A stretch of DNA of 64,000 nucleotides from a virus (taxonomy: Duplodnaviria > Caudoviricetes). Below the pieces are notes generated by a model that saw only the letters and a list, made by a program, of their open reading frames with translations, ran no database searches and was not told where the DNA came from. Positions 36,432 to 44,439 of the stretch are shown piece by piece. Made by a program: the position numbers and the translations under genes. Location: the IMG/VR virus record IMGVR_UViG_3300032007_000010; one strand, 5' to 3'. Positions within the stretch are counted from its first letter, which is position 1. Each line of letters starts with the position of its first letter.

Positions 36432-36732
36432 TCCGGTTCTCGATTTCGATGACGTCATGTGCTTTCTGCTCGATCCGAACAGCGATGTGAGCTTCGACGG
36501 CTGGGCGGTCATCGATGATGTGAGAAAGATCTGGAGCACCAGAGAGCATACCCTCGAGGTCTGTGATCTTGTGCAGAACTTGCTATTGCGTCTTCGAAAA
36601 GATTCACCGGAGGTCTTTGCCATCAGCGTTGGGCAATTTCGTGACTGGGATGGGATCGAGGACTTCTGGAACGAATATGGGTACATCGACTCCACCGGCG
36701 CCGAATGGCCGGTGCCGCGAGTCCGGCATTGA
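36412..36732 (+). CDS. Hypothetical protein
   Basis: GAGGAGG RBS before GTG 36412, overlapping the RNAP stop. Confidence 0.6.
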   Translation: MSISRIDPVLDFDDVMCFLLDPNSDVSFDGWAVIDDVRKIWSTREHTLEVCDLVQNLLLRLRKDSPEVFAISVGQFRDWDGIEDFWNEYGYIDSTGAEWPVPRVRH

Positions 36733-36797
36733 ACAAACACGAGGGGATCCGTCATGGATCCCCTCTCACATTTTATGAATAGAAAGGAATATGCACA

Positions 36798-37535
36798 ATG
36801 GCACCGAGAAAGAAAAAGAATCCTGCAATCGAAACCGAAATCGACAAGAGCGAGGAGAACAAGCAGATGCTTCCCGAGGCACCGGAGGAACTCACGCCGA
36901 GCGAATACTTCAACATCCTCAACGAGCACTCGGCGAAGGCCTCGTCCGAAACGTTGCAGAAACTCTACCAGAATACCATGAAACTCATGAAGAAATATCA
37001 GATCACGGGCCAGAAGAAGGGCGCGCTCAAGCTCTACAACTTTGCCAGACTCTGCGAGAAGGAGCTTCGCGTGCTCGACGCAGGCATCGACACCTATGTG
37101 GAGCGCCAGGACGTTGATGAGTATATCAGTAAGATCACCAAGAAGAGCGTTGTCATCATCGAGCTTGAGAACTATGAACGCGACATCCCGGATGACATCG
37201 TCGAGGAGATCGCACGGCTCAAGCAGAATAATATATTCGATGCATACTTCATAGTCTTCACCGACTACACCGGCAAGGAACGCAAGAAGGTCGAGGAGGA
37301 GAAGCGCGAGAAAGATCCGATTCTCTTTGGTGCGCTCAAGATCGGCGACCAGATCTCCACGAGACTATATCACATTGCATCCTGGGAGGATGAGTACTGC
37401 GATCTCACCCTCGATAAGATGGTCAAAGAATACGCCAAGAACCATGACAATGCAAACATGGAATCCAAGCTCAGTGACTTCGGGTCCCTCGATGAGTTCA
37501 AGAATTCCTTCAACGAGCATCTGGCGAACACATGA
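36798..37535 (+). CDS. Phage hypothetical protein
   Basis: AAAGGA RBS; KDPILFG ... WEDEYCDLTLD; biased codons. Confidence 0.8.
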   Translation: MAPRKKKNPAIETEIDKSEENKQMLPEAPEELTPSEYFNILNEHSAKASSETLQKLYQNTMKLMKKYQITGQKKGALKLYNFARLCEKELRVLDAGIDTYVERQDVDEYISKITKKSVVIIELENYERDIPDDIVEEIARLKQNNIFDAYFIVFTDYTGKERKKVEEEKREKDPILFGALKIGDQISTRLYHIASWEDEYCDLTLDKMVKEYAKNHDNANMESKLSDFGSLDEFKNSFNEHLANT

Positions 37536-38788
37536 AAATGAAAAGCAAGGGAATCGACGGGGATATCGATCTGACCGAAAATGGAACCTTTCGCAGAGGC
37601 GTTTGTTCACCGCTCACGTTGGATGAGCTCAAACCGGCAAAGCTTCCCTGGGATAGGAATGGGAAATATGCGAACAAGATCTCATATGACTTTGATTCGT
37701 ACGAGAGATTGTGGCTTGATACCAGCTATGAGGGCATCATTGAAAATATCAACAACAACCTCGTCTTTGATGGTGACGAAATCGAGTATGATGATCAATA
37801 TGACCAGGTTGCTGAGGTTCTGAGACGAATGCAAAAGAAACGTATCGAACGCGTGCGAGAATCCACAGATCCCGAAATGCTAAGATTGCTCAATCTTGAT
37901 CGAATCCACATCAAAGACGGGCGTGTTATCCATGATACGGATTCTCAATATGCTCGTAATGTTGGCTGGAAACCTGGCAAGACCTGGGCCCTCGCTAGCC
38001 TGACGTATTCTAGCACAACCGGTACTATTAGCCTAAACAATACAACCACTAGTACTAGCCTATACAACACTGTGTCAATATCGGTGCGTGACGGTGACGA
38101 CATTACTCCGACCATCTTTGGAACAACGAGGTTGACCGAAGACGAGTGGAAGGGAAGGACCTTGATCACGGGCAGAGGCGATCAGCTTCGCAGAAAGCTT
38201 GATCTATATGCATACATATCCGTCGTGCGTGACATGCTCGAAGCGCATCAATCTGCCGAGAATAGACGGAGCACCTGTGAGTGCTGTGGGAAACAGTTCG
38301 TATACACACCTAAGTGGGGCAAACTATCCCTTTGCCAGACCTGTGCATTCGCAGAAGAACTCAAGCTTACTCTCGACCACTTCGCTGTTTATCGACAACA
38401 TGCATGCATGAAAGACTTTGTCAAGCAGGATATGTCTGCTGAAAAATTTGATAAGCATCACAGCTTTGCGGAGATGGATCAGAGCTCATGGGCGAGTTGT
38501 CGTGAAGACAAGACCATTGACTATTTCTTCCAGGAGGTATACCGAGATCGCGGTATACATTTGCTTCGTCGTCCTCGCAATTCCCATGAACTGAGGGTGA
38601 ATCTTGACAATGGTGAATATGCGGACGAAGAAGATTACGTTCGTGGTTCGTCTGAGCTTACCTACGAAAAGGCGCATATTGATCGGCAAGATGGTTATGT
38701 GAGTGATTTAGTTACCTTACACACGATGCTAGGCGAGCCGACCATGCTAACTGGCAACATCACTGTCAACAGACATGGTTGGTTATGA
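37532..38788 (+). CDS. Hypothetical protein with a Zn ribbon and Ser/Thr-rich linker
   Basis: CECC...CQTC; codon usage less biased than neighbours. Confidence 0.75.
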   Translation: MKMKSKGIDGDIDLTENGTFRRGVCSPLTLDELKPAKLPWDRNGKYANKISYDFDSYERLWLDTSYEGIIENINNNLVFDGDEIEYDDQYDQVAEVLRRMQKKRIERVRESTDPEMLRLLNLDRIHIKDGRVIHDTDSQYARNVGWKPGKTWALASLTYSSTTGTISLNNTTTSTSLYNTVSISVRDGDDITPTIFGTTRLTEDEWKGRTLITGRGDQLRRKLDLYAYISVVRDMLEAHQSAENRRSTCECCGKQFVYTPKWGKLSLCQTCAFAEELKLTLDHFAVYRQHACMKDFVKQDMSAEKFDKHHSFAEMDQSSWASCREDKTIDYFFQEVYRDRGIHLLRRPRNSHELRVNLDNGEYADEEDYVRGSSELTYEKAHIDRQDGYVSDLVTLHTMLGEPTMLTGNITVNRHGWL

Positions 38789-38795
38789 TCAAAGG

Positions 38796-38831
38796 AAAAC
38801 ACCCGGGATTTCTTCCCGGGTGTTTCTTTTT
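38796..38831. terminator. Bidirectional terminator
   Basis: AAACACCCGGGA/TCCCGGGTGTTT between convergent genes. Confidence 0.85.
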
Positions 38832-38832
38832 A

Positions 38833-39894
38833 TTATTGTGCAGACTCAAAGACGATATGGCTTTTGCAGCTAGCCACGGTGCAGGCCTCGGTGATGGCCT
38901 TGTGCACTGTCTGGATCAGAAAATGGGTCATGCCATTGAGATCCGAGATGTAGTTTTGCATGTCCCGTCGAATAACGTCGAGAGCTCTGAGAGTGGTCGT
39001 GTTCTGTCTTTTCACATACTCATCATCAACCTTGCCATGATACGAAGCAACGGCACGATTCAATGCTTCGGTGAGACGAGTGTCCAGCTTCTCGACCTCT
39101 CTGGTTGCCTCGGATATCGCTCGATCGAAGTTGTCGAGCTTGTTGACATGACGTTCCATGCCGCGCACATAGTCTATCAATTTGCTCTTGGAATCATAGC
39201 GATCGATGCGGTATTCACGGAGGGCATCGGCCACCGGACAACGATTCAGTGCCGGATAATGCCTTGAAAACTTCGCATCGAACCTATCCCAGTACTTGGA
39301 GCCGAATTCTCCGACATTCGGATCAAAGCCGAGATCCTTGAGCATGGCCTTGCGGTCGGCTTCGATTTCGTTTGAAAAATTGCTGAGCATGTCGTTGAAG
39401 TCATCGCTGCTCTTTCCGCTGCCGATGTCTGCCACCATGCGCTCGGCCTCATTGAATACACCATCGAAGTTCTTCGCATGGTTTCTGAGCACCGTTTCGG
39501 CGGTGCCGATGTAGTTTCCGAGCGCTTCGATGTCATAGCCATGATAGTCCTTGATCGTCATCTTCAGGAAGCCCTTGTTCTTGCCAGAGCTGTGATCGTT
39601 CACATATGCCTTGTCGAGCTGCGCCTCGATGTATTTGATGATGCGGCTGACAAACAATCTGGCTCTCCGGATGAATTCTGTGATGAAGCTGTGGATCTTG
39701 GCTATTGTCTCGCGAATATGGTAGGTTGTTTCCCTGGACTGGATGCTCATGGCCTCCAGAAGCGCATCCTGCACATCCATTCCGCATTCGGATTCTATCA
39801 GGAGCTCGCCGATGCGCACATTGATCGATTCGAGCACAACCTCCTGCGATTTTACCTGGGAGTAGTTCTCCCAGAGAAGTTCTCTATATTTCAT
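38833..39894 (-). CDS. Probable internal head (ejection) protein with a cleavable propeptide
   Basis: Class II promoter; AGGAGG RBS; N-terminal VLES/LIES/LLEA motifs followed by an amphipathic helix. Confidence 0.6.
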   Translation of the reverse strand: MKYRELLWENYSQVKSQEVVLESINVRIGELLIESECGMDVQDALLEAMSIQSRETTYHIRETIAKIHSFITEFIRRARLFVSRIIKYIEAQLDKAYVNDHSSGKNKGFLKMTIKDYHGYDIEALGNYIGTAETVLRNHAKNFDGVFNEAERMVADIGSGKSSDDFNDMLSNFSNEIEADRKAMLKDLGFDPNVGEFGSKYWDRFDAKFSRHYPALNRCPVADALREYRIDRYDSKSKLIDYVRGMERHVNKLDNFDRAISEATREVEKLDTRLTEALNRAVASYHGKVDDEYVKRQNTTTLRALDVIRRDMQNYISDLNGMTHFLIQTVHKAITEACTVASCKSHIVFESAQ

Positions 39895-39926
39895 TGGACG
39901 AATTCCTCCTGTTATGATTGATTCAT

Positions 39927-39938
39927 TATAATAATGTA
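39927..39938 (-). promoter_or_regulatory. Class II promoter
   Basis: TACATTATTATA on the minus strand. Confidence 0.7.
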
Positions 39939-39960
39939 ACCCCCACAATTTCAAATGGTC

Positions 39961-39971
39961 TATATATCATA
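39961..39971 (+). promoter_or_regulatory. Class I promoter
   Basis: TATATATCATA. Confidence 0.75.
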
Positions 39972-40001
39972 GTCATGAGTTGAACCGAGGAGGTAATAGA
40001 A

Positions 40002-40412
40002 ATGAAAGCAAAAACAGAAAATGACATCCTTCGCAAACTGAGCACCATCATCGGCATAGACATGACCCGGGTAACAACGACGCAGGTCGATACCGCGGTT
40101 CTCTTGCTGGCGAAGGATGTTTGCGAAGCCCTTGGAATCGAAGACAAGAATCAGAGGAAGAAGCTCCTCAAGAACTACGTACCGGATGAACACAGGACGC
40201 GGATGGAGTATGGCGGCGGAGAAAAGAAATCCGTCGCATGGCTCACGCTCGCCGGAGTCTATGATCTGGTGCTCTATGCGCCAATCGAAAATGCACAGAT
40301 CAAACGCTTCCGCTCAAGACAGAGCGAAGAGCTTGTGCAGATCAACCATCGTGACCTCGGAAAGGCCGTGGCCGCAAGGTTTACCAAACCGATCATCAAC
40401 AGGTTTCTGTGA
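40002..40412 (+). CDS. BRO-N domain DNA-binding protein
   Basis: LAKDVCEALGI ... WLTLAGVYDLVL ... KRFR. Confidence 0.8.
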   Translation: MKAKTENDILRKLSTIIGIDMTRVTTTQVDTAVLLLAKDVCEALGIEDKNQRKKLLKNYVPDEHRTRMEYGGGEKKSVAWLTLAGVYDLVLYAPIENAQIKRFRSRQSEELVQINHRDLGKAVAARFTKPIINRFL

Positions 40413-40469
40413 AGAGCAATGACCTCGAACCTCTGAAGAAACGTTCGATCTGGACGTTTCTTTTTGGTC

Positions 40470-40480
40470 TATATACTATA
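40470..40480 (+). promoter_or_regulatory. Class I promoter
   Basis: TATATACTATA after the terminator at 40435-40465. Confidence 0.75.
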
Positions 40481-40539
40481 AGCTGGAGACAATGAGGTAG
40501 CTACCATTTCTCACATATCTTCAAAGGAGGTTCGAACCA

Positions 40540-42900
40540 ATGAGCAAGAACAAGAAGAAATCGAAGGTCTCTCTGGACAAATCTGTCGCAGAAGCCGCTC
40601 TCTACACGGGAGAGGATCTGGACGAGGATGGTTTCTTCATCCTCAAACCGACAGATGAGGGAAGGAAGCGCATCGATTCCAACAAACCAAAGCTCCGCGT
40701 CATCGAGGCCGAAGATTTCGAGCAGAACAAGGTGCTTCGAGAGATTGGCTATGACATTGAGCCGATCAGTGACATGGTGGATCGCATCGAGGATCACATT
40801 CGCCAGAACCGTTTCACCAAAGGCATTTCCGAATTCGACGCGCGCACCTTCGCCGGTTTCATCACCGAGCTCGAGAAGCTCAATCCGGAGGATAAGAATC
40901 CCGCGATCAAGCCGATGTTCGAGATTGCCCGCCGACTGATCACCATCGGAAAGTCGTACTACGAGTATGATACCGAGGTGCGAAACATCTTTTCGGATCG
41001 TCAGTATGACGCGCTCATCTCCATGTACAACAAGACCGGAAATCCCGAACCCACCGGCATCATTCCGAAGGGTCACAAAACTCTTCAGAAGGCGGCGCAG
41101 ACCTACAAGACGCTGCACAATAACATGGACAAGTGCTATATCATCCACGACGGTGAACCGATTCCGGAAGGCGTGAAGGAAACAGATTCGGTGCAGTCGT
41201 TCCTGACGAGGGTCTACAAAGAGTGTGATATTCCGCACAGCGTGCAAATCACCGTGGATCTTTCGCCGAAGGAGGATGGCGTCTCCGTCAATGGTACGGT
41301 CCACAATGGCAAGCTTCGCGGACCACAGACCCGCGGAGATGCGAACGAATCGGTGGTGGTGATCGGACTCAACAACGTCACGATTGCCGACGAGAAACTT
41401 GACCATGATGATTTCGGGATCCAGTTCGAGGCAATCTGTACCCGCGAGAATGCCAAGAAGGCGGAAGAGTATCTCAAGCTCGAGACTCCCTACGCATCTC
41501 CGAGACATGCCGCGGCCGGAATCATCCACAGGCTCAGCACCATGGAGGATTCCTACCTTGCGAGTCTCATCAGCCTGTATCCGATCAATTCCGAGGGTCT
41601 CGAAGGTACCTATCTTGAGAGAATGGACTTTCTGCGGAATTTTGCACTGATGCCCGCGGATACCCCCTCCAGAAGGCTCGTGACGGGCAATTTCGAAGAA
41701 CTCTTGTCCCAGATTCAAAAATACTTCGAGGAAATGATCGATGCACGTTCCGAGCTCGGTCATTCCATCGACGGCATTGTGATCAGCATCGCCAACGACG
41801 AATATCAGGAGCGCATGGGCAGACTCGGTCGCACCAATAAATGGCAGATTGCGCTCAAGTTCAATCCGGCTTCCGAGAATTCCAAGGCGAGCTATATCCG
41901 TCTGGATTCTGGACGCAAAGGATATCGAACCCTGCAACTCTATCTCGAGCATCCGGTTCTGCTCGATGGCGTCGAATATGATCATGTGCCAATCTTGTCC
42001 ACGCGTCTATTCAAGGAACACAATCTCCGGCATGGCACCGTGGTCAACATCCATCGAGTCGGCGATGTGATCCCGGCAATCAGCGTGGTCGAAGAGGGCA
42101 AGGGCGAGAGACTCAGGCTCCCGGAGGTTTGTCCGAGCTGTGGCAAACGCCTCGTGATCAAGAACGAGAAGCTCTACTGCGACAATGATCGTTGTCCCGA
42201 CAATCTCGTAGGGCTCCTCGTTGGGTTCTTCGAAACCATGGGCATGGACGGCTATTCGGATTCCTTCGCACGCCTCCTCATCGAGAAGATGCATGTGACG
42301 TCGATCGGAGATCTGCTCGACCTCGAAGATGAGGACTTCAGGAAGGCCGATTGTCTCGGTGCACTATCCGTCGGAGTCGCTGATCTGCTCACCAAGGCAA
42401 TCGAATCCAAGCGAGATTTTGAGATTCTCGGCGCGATGGGTATTCCAAACATGGGTTCCGCCAGAGCCCAGAAGTTTATCCAGGCGTTTGCCGAGGACAT
42501 CGATTGGACCGAAGAGGGGCCGGAGCTCATGCTCACGAACAAGTCCAAGGTCACAAAGGCTCTCAGCTTCGCACTCGCACCTTCGATGTTTGAGGACGCC
42601 AATGAGTTCTACTGGGGACACTGGTTCCAGAAATCCTGGAAGGCTCTCATTCCTCACATCAAGAAGAGGGTCAGCGGAGGAAAGGAGAAGATTACTCGGG
42701 TTGGACATCATGGTGGCAAGCTCAGTGCCGAAGTCCGCGCCGTCTGTGATAAGAACGGATTCATCATCACGGACGGTTCTGGTTTCGACATTCTCATCAC
42801 CACATCGCTCTCCGGAGGAGGAACCAAGATGAACCGAGCGAGGAAGTTGAACCTTCCTATCTATCTTCCCGAGAGCTTCATTGGGCAGTATGGTGCCTGA
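40540..42900 (+). CDS. ligA: NAD-dependent DNA ligase
   Basis: SDRQYD (Ia), PKEDG (motif I), TRGD, PRHAAAG, IDGIV, ALKF, GDVIP, CPSC...C...C, BRCT-like end; N-terminal extension with the DEDGFFIL tag. Confidence 0.92.
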   Translation: MSKNKKKSKVSLDKSVAEAALYTGEDLDEDGFFILKPTDEGRKRIDSNKPKLRVIEAEDFEQNKVLREIGYDIEPISDMVDRIEDHIRQNRFTKGISEFDARTFAGFITELEKLNPEDKNPAIKPMFEIARRLITIGKSYYEYDTEVRNIFSDRQYDALISMYNKTGNPEPTGIIPKGHKTLQKAAQTYKTLHNNMDKCYIIHDGEPIPEGVKETDSVQSFLTRVYKECDIPHSVQITVDLSPKEDGVSVNGTVHNGKLRGPQTRGDANESVVVIGLNNVTIADEKLDHDDFGIQFEAICTRENAKKAEEYLKLETPYASPRHAAAGIIHRLSTMEDSYLASLISLYPINSEGLEGTYLERMDFLRNFALMPADTPSRRLVTGNFEELLSQIQKYFEEMIDARSELGHSIDGIVISIANDEYQERMGRLGRTNKWQIALKFNPASENSKASYIRLDSGRKGYRTLQLYLEHPVLLDGVEYDHVPILSTRLFKEHNLRHGTVVNIHRVGDVIPAISVVEEGKGERLRLPEVCPSCGKRLVIKNEKLYCDNDRCPDNLVGLLVGFFETMGMDGYSDSFARLLIEKMHVTSIGDLLDLEDEDFRKADCLGALSVGVADLLTKAIESKRDFEILGAMGIPNMGSARAQKFIQAFAEDIDWTEEGPELMLTNKSKVTKALSFALAPSMFEDANEFYWGHWFQKSWKALIPHIKKRVSGGKEKITRVGHHGGKLSAEVRAVCDKNGFIITDGSGFDILITTSLSGGGTKMNRARKLNLPIYLPESFIGQYGA

Positions 42901-42921
42901 ATTAGAAACTGACAAGGGGGT

Positions 42922-42933
42922 AACATATTTATA
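42922..42933 (+). promoter_or_regulatory. Class II promoter driving the candidate ncRNA
   Basis: AACATATTTATA, flanked by the AACTGACA/TGTCAGTT inverted repeat. Confidence 0.75.
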
Positions 42934-43405
42934 GATGTCAGTTGAAAAATCCGGATGCGGACGGCTGGCGCTTCTAGGTGCCCCTGCAACCTGCTCCCGG
43001 TCGAGGGAGTGGGGACCGGGTGTTACCGGAATTTCGGCACCAAGTTGGCTGTCCGTGTCGTTCTTGTGTGGTGGTAGATCCCCTCCCTGGAGCGCATAGG
43101 CGATCCTGTGGCCATAAGTAGCTGGGTACATTCTATGGGGTGTGCTGATGGTGAAAAAGGTGGTTCAGGGGCGAGCCAGATGGTAGACTTCGTGGGCTAC
43201 TTCTGGTGAAAGATGGGTTATCCCAGGCCAGGGTTTGGAAACATCATCACATGTTGAATCATCAGATGATCAACACGCAGTTACCCATAGTCATAACGAT
43301 TCTTTCGACGATGTGTGAGCATTGGTATAGTCACAATCGCCGTGTGGTTATCAAAGCTTTGAATGAACCAAGTTGCAACGCGGGAGGAGTCAAACGGCTC
43401 CTCCC
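42933..43405 (+). ncRNA. Candidate large structured non-coding RNA (~470 nt), family not recognised
   Basis: No credible ORF; own promoter; more than 10 nested helices with many G-U pairs, candidate pseudoknots and a closing 10-bp hairpin. Confidence 0.75.
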
Positions 43406-43429
43406 TCATTACATTTTCACAGTAACGAA

Positions 43430-43441
43430 TACATTATTATA
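43430..43441 (+). promoter_or_regulatory. Class II promoter followed by a hairpin leader
   Basis: TACATTATTATA; leader hairpin GGGGTGATGTG/CACAGCACTCC. Confidence 0.7.
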
Positions 43442-43525
43442 CCTGGAAAGGGGTGATGTGGTGTAGCATGCACAGCACTCCCACCGCAGACAAAAAGTGA
43501 TCACTAAACACAGGAGGAACAAGAC

Positions 43526-44260
43526 ATGTCTGAATTGACCATCAAAGCATTCGTTGCACAGGAGCATTCTGCCTTTGAGAACTTCACCGGCGTCATGGCG
43601 GCTCGCATCGAGGAGGCCTGGACTCGCAGTCTGGCCAAGCGCATGAAGGAGCAGCTCGCCGAGAAGGATCGTGCGGTCGTCGCGCTTCCCTGGGGTACCT
43701 ACTATGCTGAAAAGATCGCCAAGGGTGAGGCCGGCAACATCGCCCCGAAGTGGGAGCCGAGCAAGGGCTTCCGCCAGATCCTCAACAATGACATCCAGGA
43801 TCCCACCGAGCGTTCCGCCGCGGTCAACATGGACGAGATCGATGCGCGCTTCATCCAGCTCTTCCGCGAGTTCGTCGCCTATGGCTGCTTTGACCACGAC
43901 GATCCTGCCAAGAAGGATGACCTGGCCAAGAACAAGGGTATTCGCATCGGCGACAACGAGGCCAACTATTTCCTCAACGAGTATGCGCTGGTGCTGGCGA
44001 ACCTTGCTCGTGAGAAGCAGCGTGATGGGAAGATCTTCCGCCTCGAGATCAACAATGGTTTCGCGCACGGCGTCTTCGACTTCACGTATGACGATGACGA
44101 GGTCAAGGTTACCTGGACCGCGGACAAGACCTTCAAGCAGATGCTCAAGGACGACGAGTCGGCCGCGCACATCGACGATGGTCGGTTTGCCGAGGTCGTC
44201 GGTAGCCGTCGCATCGAGACAGATCTCGAGACCGGCAAGCAGACCGTCACCGACAACTAA
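43526..44260 (+). CDS. Abundant protein with two tandem HU/IHF-like repeats (putative)
   Basis: VALPWGTYYAE...PKWEPSKGFRQILN and GFAHGVFDF...VTWTADKTFKQMLK resemble HU GFGTF...PKFKPGKALK; very biased codons. Confidence 0.55.
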   Translation: MSELTIKAFVAQEHSAFENFTGVMAARIEEAWTRSLAKRMKEQLAEKDRAVVALPWGTYYAEKIAKGEAGNIAPKWEPSKGFRQILNNDIQDPTERSAAVNMDEIDARFIQLFREFVAYGCFDHDDPAKKDDLAKNKGIRIGDNEANYFLNEYALVLANLAREKQRDGKIFRLEINNGFAHGVFDFTYDDDEVKVTWTADKTFKQMLKDDESAAHIDDGRFAEVVGSRRIETDLETGKQTVTDN

Positions 44261-44295
44261 CCGAACGGATCGAGGATCTCGATCCAAACAAAACG

Positions 44296-44380
44296 ATCCG
44301 GTGGGCTCAGCCATGCTGTGTCCACCGGATTTCTTTTTAGAGAATCAACAATGAGGCACCCGGTTCGGGTGCCATGTTTT
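44296..44380 (+). terminator. Tandem terminators
   Basis: ATCCGGTGG/CCACCGGAT plus T-run, then GGCACCCG/CGGGTGCC. Confidence 0.75.
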
Positions 44381-44397
44381 CACATTCGGGATTCATC

Positions 44398-44408
44398 CAT
44401 ATATTATA
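44398..44408 (+). promoter_or_regulatory. Class I promoter (drives the nvRNAP beta-N operon)
   Basis: CATATATTATA. Confidence 0.75.
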
Positions 44409-44439
44409 CTTGTGACAATTCGAGAAAGGAGATTTCCCA

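Noticed and set aside
34809-36929. 706-aa minus-strand ORF, and similar long antisense ORFs at 231-1601, 18532-20040, 40501-41985 and 57352-58914
   Set aside because: Shadow frames of strongly codon-biased + strand genes; no RBS, promoter or recognisable motifs.
43323-43333. GGTATAGTC resembling the group I intron S element
   Set aside because: No interrupted gene or convincing R/P7 partner, and the segment pairs well elsewhere; an Infernal search is still needed to exclude it.
42933-43405. RNase P, tmRNA, SRP or tRNA identity for the ncRNA
   Set aside because: No GAGGAAAGUC P4 signature, no T-arm/CCA end, no SRP helix-8 motif.
43206-43466. 86-aa ORF (and minus ORF 42364-43131) over the candidate ncRNA
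   Set aside because: No SD; atypical codons; runs across the closing hairpin and the next promoter.
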